Assembly: GCA_041577335.1 (NCBI GenBank)
Contig: JBFGJH010000016.1
Location: 1-56,250 of the forward strand
Direction of reading: 5' to 3'
DNA from: Acidimicrobiia bacterium
Lineage (GTDB): Bacteria > Actinomycetota > Acidimicrobiia > Spongiisociales > JAENVV01
Length of the DNA stretch: 56,250 nucleotides
Numbering within the stretch: position 1 is the stretch's first letter; each line of letters starts with the position of its first letter. The translations under genes were made by a program, and so were the position numbers. Under the pieces are notes generated by a model. It did not search any database. It saw only the letters and a program-made list of their open reading frames with translations, and was not told the DNA's origin. Below are positions 9,182 to 17,507 of this stretch, one piece after another.

Positions 9182-11377
9182 GTGTTGACCACACTCGCCA
9201 GGGTGGCCAGGCCGCCAGTCGGGCGGCATCACGTGGCACGGCCACGCGTTCTGCGGCTGCTGAAGTCTGTGGCCGATACGCCTCTGACCCTCATTACAGC
9301 CCCGGCGGGTTTTGGGAAGACCCGGCTGCTCGCAGAGTGGGCTGCTTCGACCGCCGGACCCGTGTCGTGGCTGAGTCTCGAATCCGGAGACAACGATCCG
9401 GCGGTATTCGCACGCGATCTTGTCAAATCCGTTGAGCGAGTCGCGCCAGAGGCTGCACAGAGCGCCCTTGCAGAAGCCGAGCGCGACGCCGGACCAGTCA
9501 GGCTCGTCGGCCTCCTCTTGAAGGGTGTAGCTGCCGTCAGCGACTCGATCGTCACCGTCATCGACGACTTCCATCGGGTGACCGAGTCGGCGCTCAACGA
9601 GCTGTGTTCGTCGACCATCGATGAGCTGCCAGACAACTGGCGGTGGGTCATCGGCAGCCGCGACACGCCGTCACTCCTCTTGGGAAGACGGCGTGCCGAA
9701 CATTCCGTGACGGAGGTTTCTCTGGACGACTTGCGGTTCACCGAATCCGAGGCACGTGACCTGCTCACGGTCGCATTGGGCCTCGACGTGTCTGCCGTCG
9801 CGGTGCGGGTTCTCAATCAGCGAGCCGGCGGCTGGCCGGTTGGTCTGTGTCTGGCGGCCTTGGCAGCAACAGGATCGGACAATCAAGACACCGCCATCCT
9901 CTCCTACACCGGCCGCGACAAGAATCTGGGTCAATACTTCGCCGAAGAGGTGTTCACCCATCTCCCAGACCGGCTACAGGATTTCCTCGCCCAGTCCTCC
10001 GTTCTCCATATCCTGAACGCTGATCTGTGCGCCCACGTGACGGACTCGGAGGACGCGGCCGCTCTGTTGGAAGACGCCGTGAGCCACCGATTGTTCATCG
10101 GCGCCGTGGACGAGTCGGATTCGAGCACATACCGCCAGCACGACCTGTTTGCTGAGTGGCTGCAAGAGGAGCTCGATCGCCGCAATCCCGGCAAGGCTTC
10201 CGAGCTCCGTCGTCGGGCGGCCGCGTGGTGCGTTGAGCAGAACATGATGCCCGAAGCAGTGCATTATTTGCTGGAGGCGGAGGACTGGGTTGGTTGCACC
10301 GACCTGCTGGCAACGCACGGCTACGAGATGATCCAGCGCGGCCTGCACGCTTCCGTATATTCCTGGGTTGCGTCGCTCCCCGAATCCGTCCTCACCGAAC
10401 ATGGCGACATTGCTCTGATCGGGGGTGACGCGGCCGCGCAAGGCGGCAAATGGCAAGAGGCTGCCCGGTTTGTGGCTCTTACGAGCGACGTTGATATTGC
10501 GACTCCGGAGGGCCGGTCAGTGCGTCTCGGTGCGCTGGTGCTCAGCTGGCTGCAGACGGTGTTCTACGGATCGATGGATGACTTGCAAGGAGTGGCCGAT
10601 GAGATCGAACGCCTCCGCGTCAACCAGCCGCAGGCCGCGCACCCGCGTCATCCAGGAGAGGACGAGCAGCGGGCCAGCGCGTTCATCGCTCTTGTACGGT
10701 TTCTCAATGGGGACATGGAATCGGCGAGCAACGAGGTTTCCAAGTGCCGAGGCCTGCCGGGCTCGGCTACATCGGTAATCACTATCGCCGGACTCGAGGC
10801 GCTGATCGAGGTCGAACAAGGCAACGATGGCGCGGCCGTCGACATCGCATCAGATGCCATCGCAACGGTGTCCGATGCGGACCCCCCCATCGGCAGTATC
10901 TTGGCTGCGCTCGCCCTTGTATGGGCCGCCGACGAAGCCGGCGCAGGCGACGCAGCTGCCGTCGTCACGACCGTCGCCGAGCGGGCCCATTTGCCGCAGA
11001 GCCCCTTCTTCACTGCATTATGTAACGCTGAGTTGGCCCGCCGGGTGGGCAAATCGAAGGTGGCTGCCAAGGAGCTAGAGTTGGCCCGCAGGCTGGCAGG
11101 CGAGTTGGGCGAGCCGCAGTTCATGGCGGTGTTTCTCGAGGTAGGGTCCAAGAGGTTTGCCGGTAGCGGGCCGCTGCTCGGCCCGGGCGAACTCTCGCCT
11201 CGAGAGTGGGATGTGCTTCGTTTCCTCCCAACTCAGATGACACGTCGCGAAATGTCGGTCGAGCTCGGCATTTCGGTGGACACCGTGAAGTCTCACACCG
11301 CGAAGCTGTATCGGAAGCTCGGGGTGGCTTCGCGGGAGGAGGCCGTTGCTCGAGCTCGTCAGTTGGGCCTCATCTGA
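9182..11377 (+). CDS. MalT-like ATP-dependent LuxR-family regulator (copy 2)
   Basis: APAGFGKT, WLSLE, IDDFH, GGWP, C-terminal LuxR HTH (LSPREWDVL...SVDTVKSHTAKLYRKLGV). Confidence 0.92.
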   Translation: MLTTLARVARPPVGRHHVARPRVLRLLKSVADTPLTLITAPAGFGKTRLLAEWAASTAGPVSWLSLESGDNDPAVFARDLVKSVERVAPEAAQSALAEAERDAGPVRLVGLLLKGVAAVSDSIVTVIDDFHRVTESALNELCSSTIDELPDNWRWVIGSRDTPSLLLGRRRAEHSVTEVSLDDLRFTESEARDLLTVALGLDVSAVAVRVLNQRAGGWPVGLCLAALAATGSDNQDTAILSYTGRDKNLGQYFAEEVFTHLPDRLQDFLAQSSVLHILNADLCAHVTDSEDAAALLEDAVSHRLFIGAVDESDSSTYRQHDLFAEWLQEELDRRNPGKASELRRRAAAWCVEQNMMPEAVHYLLEAEDWVGCTDLLATHGYEMIQRGLHASVYSWVASLPESVLTEHGDIALIGGDAAAQGGKWQEAARFVALTSDVDIATPEGRSVRLGALVLSWLQTVFYGSMDDLQGVADEIERLRVNQPQAAHPRHPGEDEQRASAFIALVRFLNGDMESASNEVSKCRGLPGSATSVITIAGLEALIEVEQGNDGAAVDIASDAIATVSDADPPIGSILAALALVWAADEAGAGDAAAVVTTVAERAHLPQSPFFTALCNAELARRVGKSKVAAKELELARRLAGELGEPQFMAVFLEVGSKRFAGSGPLLGPGELSPREWDVLRFLPTQMTRREMSVELGISVDTVKSHTAKLYRKLGVASREEAVARARQLGLI

Positions 11378-11393
11378 CTTCGGAGCGAGCCTC

Positions 11394-13043
11394 TCACGGT
11401 TGCTCGCGTGTGGCGGCCCATTCGGCACTCACGTCGCCGCCGCCTTCGGGGCTGAGGCGTCCCTCGATCTTGGTGAGGGTCGGGGTTGGAGCGATCTTGC
11501 CGGCTATCAGTGCTTCACCGAGAGTGAAGTTGGGCGCCATGTCGAGCAGTGCCCTGGGTACGAAGGAGAAGGTCGAAGCAATCTGGTCGACATCTTCTGT
11601 CGAGTTCATACGCATGAGCACGAGGTTGTCGCATTGCGACAGGACGTTCGGGTGAAGCTTCTGGGGTCGTTGCGTCGACAGCAACAGGTAGATCCCATAT
11701 TTTCGGCCCTCTCCGGCAATACGGACCACGTGTTCGGTGGCCAATGCCTGCAGGGTTCCCTCAGGCTCGGCAGGACAAACGTTGTGAGCTTCGTCGATGA
11801 CCAGAAGGACAGGCTGGCGGCTCTCCCGCCTCCGCCAGAGGCGCCCGAGCAGACTCATCGCAACGACACTCTTTTCCTCAGCCTGCGAGAGGCCTCCCAC
11901 GTCCAGCACGATGGCTCGTCGGTCGGTCGAAAGCTCTTCCGAGAGGCTCGGCTCGGTGCCATCCGCCCAAACCGCCCAGTCTGCGACGCCGAGATTGTCG
12001 AGGCGGAGCCTCACCTGTCGGGCGTCCTCGTTCGAGGAGCGCATGGCGGCATCCCTGATGTCGCGAAGGGAATACTCGCCACCGGATAGATCGGCTGCGA
12101 TCTCGCGATACGCAGCGAACTCGGTCCGGTCACGCAGTGGATCGAGCTTCAGGACAGCGGCCTGCTCGTGCGGCGCCAACTCACTGAATCGTATTCGCAA
12201 AGGCGAGGAAGGGTCATTCGGTCGAAGCACGCGTGCCGAGTCGGTAGCCGTGCGATAGCGAGAGGCGAGCGACTCGTGGGTCGCGCCGCTCAACGGCTCC
12301 GCGACCGTCCGGTTGACATCGTCGAGCGGTCGTAGCTCATTGAGGTGGACGAAGTCTGAGTTGGGGTCCACGACGATCATCGGGAGGTTGGTGTCGAGAA
12401 GGAGCCGCTCCAAGATCACGCCCAGCGAAAACGTCTTGCCGGAACCTGATTGGCCGCATAGGAATGTGTGACGGTTGAATCCGCCGGCGTCCACGGCAGT
12501 GCGCACCTCAGGGCCTCCGAATGGAGACCAGCCGACATCCAGCTCGGCCGTACCTCTGCGTTGGGAGGCCAGGTAGTCGGCTACGGATTCTGGGGGAGCC
12601 GGGACAAGGTCGGCCCCGTCGAACACGTCGGAGGTGGTCGTAGGGAAGAAATCGCCCTCACGATCACCGAGCCTCGCAAGCAACATCCCGGCGCCGACAG
12701 TCATGCGTTGCGTGAGACCGAGCTCGGCCTGTGAGACGCGGGCTTGGCCAAGTGCGACCTCGGGCACCTCGATGGCCACACGAGCGCCGGCCCGTTCCTC
12801 CACGAACCGATCGGTCACTTGACCAAAGAACCTCTCACCACCGATGGTGGCGATCAAGACGAAGCCTCCGAGGGGCATCGCTACGTCGAGCGGGGTCTGG
12901 AAACTGAAGCGGAGCCCATCAATCGATGTGGCTCGGGTTTCAACGGCCACGCCGGCCTGGAGGCTCTTGCGCAGCTCGAGGACATCGTGCTGGGCCCTGT
13001 CGAGATCAGATTGCTGGCGGGGTAGGTCGGCGTCTCCGCTCAT
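11394..13043 (-). CDS. HerA/FtsK-superfamily ATPase (DUF87-type)
   Basis: RHTFLCGQSGSGKT (Walker A), VVDPNSDF, VIDEAH (Walker B), EGRKYG, STQRP. Confidence 0.9.
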   Translation of the reverse strand: MSGDADLPRQQSDLDRAQHDVLELRKSLQAGVAVETRATSIDGLRFSFQTPLDVAMPLGGFVLIATIGGERFFGQVTDRFVEERAGARVAIEVPEVALGQARVSQAELGLTQRMTVGAGMLLARLGDREGDFFPTTTSDVFDGADLVPAPPESVADYLASQRRGTAELDVGWSPFGGPEVRTAVDAGGFNRHTFLCGQSGSGKTFSLGVILERLLLDTNLPMIVVDPNSDFVHLNELRPLDDVNRTVAEPLSGATHESLASRYRTATDSARVLRPNDPSSPLRIRFSELAPHEQAAVLKLDPLRDRTEFAAYREIAADLSGGEYSLRDIRDAAMRSSNEDARQVRLRLDNLGVADWAVWADGTEPSLSEELSTDRRAIVLDVGGLSQAEEKSVVAMSLLGRLWRRRESRQPVLLVIDEAHNVCPAEPEGTLQALATEHVVRIAGEGRKYGIYLLLSTQRPQKLHPNVLSQCDNLVLMRMNSTEDVDQIASTFSFVPRALLDMAPNFTLGEALIAGKIAPTPTLTKIEGRLSPEGGGDVSAEWAATREQP

Positions 13044-13163
13044 TGCTACGTCTTCTCCTCGGTAGAGATCTTCATGCCGTTGCGCAAACCGGCATCGTAT
13101 TCAGCAGTCGCCCTCGAGGCCCCATCCGGAGTGGGCGATTCGGCTGGTCAATGTCTATTCGAC

Positions 13164-14024
13164 TCAAATGGCGGCCGGAGCCGGCTGTGTGTCTGCCGGC
13201 CACACGACAACCTGCGGGAAGGCGATCTCGATTCCGCGCGCATCAAAGGCCTTCTTGAGATTTACGGCGACTTCGTGGCGGACTCCGGGAGCCGACGAGA
13301 TCTGGGGATCATGCCAGTACCTGAGGTCTACGTTGATCGTCGAGTCTCCGAATTCTCGGACGAAAGCCTGGGGTTCGGGGTCCGCGTGCACGCCCCGCGT
13401 CGCCTGGGCGACCGAGAGCATGGTGCGGGTGCACAGGACCAAGTCAGACTCGTAGGCGAGGCCCACCTCGAGAGTCTCTCTCCGTCGTCCCCTGGCCGTG
13501 TAGTTGATGATGACCGAGTCGAGAGCGGACCGATTGGGAACGAAGGCGCGAGTACCGGCCGGCGTGTCCACGACGACCGTTCGTGCGGTCAACTCGACCA
13601 CCGTTCCCGTGACTCCGTCGATCTCGACGTCGTCGCCCACGACGATGGGTCGATTGAGCTGAAGCGTGATGCCGGCCGAGAAGTTCTCGAGGAACGGCCG
13701 GAGGGCGATGGCTGCCACGACGGCAATGACGCCCAGGGCACCGAGTACCGGAATGACGCTGATTCCGAGCACCCGCATGCCGGCTGCGAAACCGCCCACG
13801 ACGATGACGTACGAGGACAGCCTCCCGGCAGTAGCGAATAGAGCCGGGCTGCCGATGTCGACGCGCACCGCAAGTCGGCGAATCGAACGCCGGGCCATCC
13901 TGCCCACGACGATAGAGGCGCCGAATACTGCGACGGCGATGATCACAGATACCCAGTCGAGGTGGAGGGGGCTGAGTGACTCAGCAATTTGATCGAGTTC
14001 GTCTTGGACTGGAATGAGGTCCAT
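13164..14024 (-). CDS. mscS: Small-conductance mechanosensitive channel (MscS family)
   Basis: Three N-terminal TM segments, NFSAGITL...RPIVVGDDVEI, GIEIAFPQ. Confidence 0.88.
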   Translation of the reverse strand: MDLIPVQDELDQIAESLSPLHLDWVSVIIAVAVFGASIVVGRMARRSIRRLAVRVDIGSPALFATAGRLSSYVIVVGGFAAGMRVLGISVIPVLGALGVIAVVAAIALRPFLENFSAGITLQLNRPIVVGDDVEIDGVTGTVVELTARTVVVDTPAGTRAFVPNRSALDSVIINYTARGRRRETLEVGLAYESDLVLCTRTMLSVAQATRGVHADPEPQAFVREFGDSTINVDLRYWHDPQISSAPGVRHEVAVNLKKAFDARGIEIAFPQVVVWPADTQPAPAAI

Positions 14025-14143
14025 ATCGTCAGGCTCCGTGGTTGCGGGCTGTGGGCTTGGCTACGCCGGCGCTCTCGGCGCGATGGGCCGGTCTGGCGTC
14101 GTCGGTCCTCATCGATTCAAGCACCCCGTCCCTTACGACAGCT

Positions 14144-14160
14144 TCACCCTTGGTGGGTGA
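14144..14160. promoter_or_regulatory. Second TCACC-N7-GGTGA palindrome, between divergent mscS and the DUF1269 gene
   Basis: TCACC-CTTGGTG-GGTGA, followed about 22 nt later by a -10-like AATAAT. Confidence 0.55.
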
Positions 14161-14231
14161 TGGCAACCTCGGGCCCGTCGGAATAATGGAGGTGAAGTTG
14201 GATGAAGCGCCGATCTCACAAGGAGTTACTG

Positions 14232-14720
14232 ATGGCGAGCACGCTTACGGTGGTGACCACCAAAACCATGGACGGAGCAGAGGCGATCTTGGAAGAGATC
14301 GGCCGGCTGCAAACGCAGGAGTTGATCAAGGTCGATGACGCGGCCTTCGTCGTGCGAAAGGAAAACGGTAAGCCCAAGGTGAAGCAGGCAGTCAACCTCG
14401 TTGGGCAGGGCGCCGTCGGTGGGGCCTTCTGGGGCATGTTGATCGGTTTTCTCTTCCTGGCGCCGTGGCTAGGCGCAGCTATTGGCGCGGCCGCCGGCGG
14501 ACTCGGTGGCAAGGGTGCTGATTTCGGTATCGACGACGACTTCATCAAGACGGTCGGTGATCGGATCGCTCCCGGGACGTCGGCACTCTTCCTCTTGACC
14601 CATGACGCCGTGTTGGACAAGGTCGCCGATGCTCTGCAGGGATACGACTTTGAAATCATTCACACAAACATGTCAGAGGAGCACGAGACGGAGCTTCGCG
14701 CAGCATTCGCAGAGGCCTAA
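14232..14720 (+). CDS. DUF1269 domain membrane protein
   Basis: AAGGAG RBS; DDAAFVVR...GAVGGAFWGMLIGFLFLAPWLG...DFGIDDDFIK...PGTSALF. Confidence 0.9.
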   Translation: MASTLTVVTTKTMDGAEAILEEIGRLQTQELIKVDDAAFVVRKENGKPKVKQAVNLVGQGAVGGAFWGMLIGFLFLAPWLGAAIGAAAGGLGGKGADFGIDDDFIKTVGDRIAPGTSALFLLTHDAVLDKVADALQGYDFEIIHTNMSEEHETELRAAFAEA

Positions 14721-14724
14721 GCCG

Positions 14725-14768
14725 AAGGACCTTTCGGCCGGAGGCATGCGCCCCGACCGAAAGGTCTT
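14725..14768 (+). terminator. Imperfect hairpin downstream of the DUF1269 gene
   Basis: AGGACCTTTCGGCCGG ... CCGACCGAAAGGTCTT inverted repeat right after the stop codon. Confidence 0.55.
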
Positions 14769-14851
14769 GCTGTGATCCCGACCCGGAGCGACCTCAGTCC
14801 ACTACCTTGACTACTACAACCCTGGCAAGCTTCAGAGAAAGGTGGCAAGCC

Positions 14852-15115
14852 ATGCCCGCACCAAGAAGAATGGCTCGACGCACATCGAGGCGCACCTCGC
14901 GCCGCACGGCAAAACGAGTCAGCAACCGCCAACAAGCCGCGGCCGGCTATGGCGCTGCCCCTGAGCCGGCTCCCGCAGCCGCTCCGCCCGCAGCCCCGGC
15001 TGCTGCACCGCAAACGGACCCCTATGAGGATTTGAAGAAGCTCGGCGAGCTCCATGCCTCGGGGGTGCTCACCGACGAGGAATTCGCGGCCGAGAAGGCC
15101 AAGCTGCTCGGCTAG
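14852..15115 (+). CDS. SHOCT domain protein
   Basis: GAAAGG RBS; Arg-rich N-terminus, Ala/Pro linker, C-terminal LKKLGELHASGVLTDEEFAAEKAKLL. Confidence 0.88.
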   Translation: MPAPRRMARRTSRRTSRRTAKRVSNRQQAAAGYGAAPEPAPAAAPPAAPAAAPQTDPYEDLKKLGELHASGVLTDEEFAAEKAKLLG

Positions 15116-15187
15116 ATCAGTCAGACGTTGGTGACCGCCGCCCGGCTTGCCAGGGCGGAGGCGTCACGCACGACAGGAGGTGTCGCA

Positions 15188-17380
15188 ATGCATGTGCATG
15201 CGTGCGTTCCTCCTGTGCTTCCAGACATACGAGTCGAGCGGCCGGACGTAGTCCAGGCCCTGAAGAGAGGCCTTGCCCGCAAAGCGACCGTGGTGGCCGC
15301 CCCGGCCGGCTATGGGAAGACGCACGCACTTGTCGCATGGTTCTCGGATCACGCCTCTGGCAAATCCTGGTTGACGATCGGCGAACATCCTCCCGATGGC
15401 AGCGAATTCCTTGCCCTCTTGGCGGAGTCTCTTTCGGTGACTGTTCCATCGGTCAGGCGGCTGGTGGACCCTGAGTTCACGGAGCCGCAGGATCATAACG
15501 CTGCTGCCGATGCCCTGCTCGGTGAGATCGAGGCGCACAGGGCTGACGTCGTATCGGTGATCGACAGGTATGACCGTGCGGCTTCGCCGGGTGTCGACCT
15601 CGTCATGAGAGCGCTCTTCAATCAGATGCCGGCGAACTGGAGGATCGTCCTGTGTGGACGGACCATGCCGGCTGTAGGCCTGGCACGGCTACGCGTCGAG
15701 CATGAGATCGCCGAGGTCGGGCCAAATGATCTCCGCTTCACCGTCGCGGATACGCTGGCATATCTCCAGCAGAATCTCGGCTCAAGTGTCGGCTCCTCGG
15801 ACGCGGCCGTACTCAGGACAGCTACGAACGGCTGGATCGCCGGCATCGAGATGGCGTGCGACGCTGCCCGGAGCAGCAAAGACGTTCGCGCGGCAATTCG
15901 ATCATTCTCCGGGAGCCATTCCATGGTGGTCGATTATGTCTCCACCGAAGTAGCTGAATGCCTATCAAGGCTCGATCGCGAGTTTGTGTTGGGAACGAGC
16001 TCGGTAGCCCAGCTCGACAAGGGCTTGATCCTGGCTATGACGCAGGACCGCCGTGCACCATCCGCTTTGAGCTCTCTTGCGGAAAGCGAGACGTTTCTGT
16101 GGGCGCTCGACGGTCCGGGGGGCCTGAGAGTCGAGTACGACCCGGTTTTTGCAAGGGCCTTTGCCGAATCGTTTGCTCGTGATCAGCCCGATTCCCACAA
16201 GCGACATCGGAGCCGTGCTCACCAATGGTTCATCGAACATGGCATGGTGGGGGAGGCGATTGCGCTCCTCGCAGGCGGCGATGCCGCCGAGGCCAATGAT
16301 GCTCTGCAGATGGTCCTTGAATATCCCGACGAGTCCGCCGACGAGATGTCGGAAAGCCAATTGGCCCGTATCGTCGAACTGGTCGACGACAGCGCTGATC
16401 GTGCCATTGAATTGGTGGCGTTTGCGGCGTTTGGCGCGGTAGAGACGGGGTCCGACGACAAGGCAATTCTTCTGGAAGCTCTCCGATTGGCCATCGCCGG
16501 GATCGGCAACGCTGATCGGGCGGATGCGTACGCTTTGGCAGCCGAGTGGCTTGAACTGCGAAGCCTGCTGAAGGCGGCCGACCTCGATGGTGCACTGCAG
16601 CTGGCAACCAAACTCGAGGATTGGCTGCGATCCTCCCCGCCCGCCAGCACCGGTCCGTGGACGGGCGTTGCTCGGGTTGCGGCAACCCTGGCGCGGACGT
16701 ATTGGCTCCTTGGCGACGAGGAGCGCGCCGTTCGCCTCCTCGGCGACTTTCTCGGTCCAAGCGAGTCGCAGGGCGCATGCCGAGAGGGCTTCGGCATTTG
16801 GAGCCTCATCGAAGCCGGACGGCGCCGCCCCAAGGTGGCGCAGCGTTTGGCCGACCTCTGTCCACGAGGCAGCCGTTCGCCTCGTGAGGACTACGCCGAT
16901 CTCGCCTTGCTGTGGTCCGGTGAGCTGCCGAGTCGCTCGCGCCTCCGCGATGAGGTTCCGACCGCCACCGGCCAGGGGTCGGAGAAGGACTGTCTCCGGG
17001 CGCTCATCCAGTCTGTGCTCGCTCGCAGGTCTGGTCGATACGACGAAGCCGCCGATGCTCTCGCCGCGGCGCGGCTGGTGGCTGTCCGCCTTGGGTTTCC
17101 GGGACTGCACCGGGCAGTCGAAGCTCAGTCGCGGCTACAGCAGCAGACATCTGTTTCTTGGTCGGACCTTTCCCACCGCGAGCTCGAGGTGCTGGCCCTG
17201 CTGCCCAGCTCGATGACGCGGCGAGAGATTGCCGACCGCATGTTCATCTCCGTGAATACCACCAAGACCCATGTGCGAAACATCTACCGCAAACTCGGCG
17301 TGTCGAGCCGTAGTGAGGCTGTTGAGAAAGCCAGTTCGCTTGGCCTCATCGACCCCCACCAAATCTCGTCTGGCAGGTGA
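15188..17380 (+). CDS. MalT-like LuxR-family regulator (copy 3, degenerate Walker B)
   Basis: AGGAGG RBS before ATG 15188 (ORF can extend to TTG 15128); APAGYGKT; Walker B position reads IDRYD; LuxR HTH SVNTTKTHVRNIYRKLGV. Confidence 0.88.
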   Translation: MHVHACVPPVLPDIRVERPDVVQALKRGLARKATVVAAPAGYGKTHALVAWFSDHASGKSWLTIGEHPPDGSEFLALLAESLSVTVPSVRRLVDPEFTEPQDHNAAADALLGEIEAHRADVVSVIDRYDRAASPGVDLVMRALFNQMPANWRIVLCGRTMPAVGLARLRVEHEIAEVGPNDLRFTVADTLAYLQQNLGSSVGSSDAAVLRTATNGWIAGIEMACDAARSSKDVRAAIRSFSGSHSMVVDYVSTEVAECLSRLDREFVLGTSSVAQLDKGLILAMTQDRRAPSALSSLAESETFLWALDGPGGLRVEYDPVFARAFAESFARDQPDSHKRHRSRAHQWFIEHGMVGEAIALLAGGDAAEANDALQMVLEYPDESADEMSESQLARIVELVDDSADRAIELVAFAAFGAVETGSDDKAILLEALRLAIAGIGNADRADAYALAAEWLELRSLLKAADLDGALQLATKLEDWLRSSPPASTGPWTGVARVAATLARTYWLLGDEERAVRLLGDFLGPSESQGACREGFGIWSLIEAGRRRPKVAQRLADLCPRGSRSPREDYADLALLWSGELPSRSRLRDEVPTATGQGSEKDCLRALIQSVLARRSGRYDEAADALAAARLVAVRLGFPGLHRAVEAQSRLQQQTSVSWSDLSHRELEVLALLPSSMTRREIADRMFISVNTTKTHVRNIYRKLGVSSRSEAVEKASSLGLIDPHQISSGR

Positions 17381-17507
17381 GCTGCGTCTGATGGTGGCGG
17401 CGTTGTAGTTCGGGAGTCAGGCCTGGTTGCTGGTCGGTGTTACGGACGACGCTCATCACCGGTCGCTTTCCGAAGAGAGGCCGAGGCCGGCTCCACCGAT
17501 GCGATTA

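Noticed and set aside
11394..13043. HerA as an anti-phage defence system, and the MalT-like proteins as Avs-type STAND defence
   Set aside because: No Sir2, nuclease or other effector partner is present, and the STAND-like proteins end in LuxR HTH domains, so they are transcription factors.
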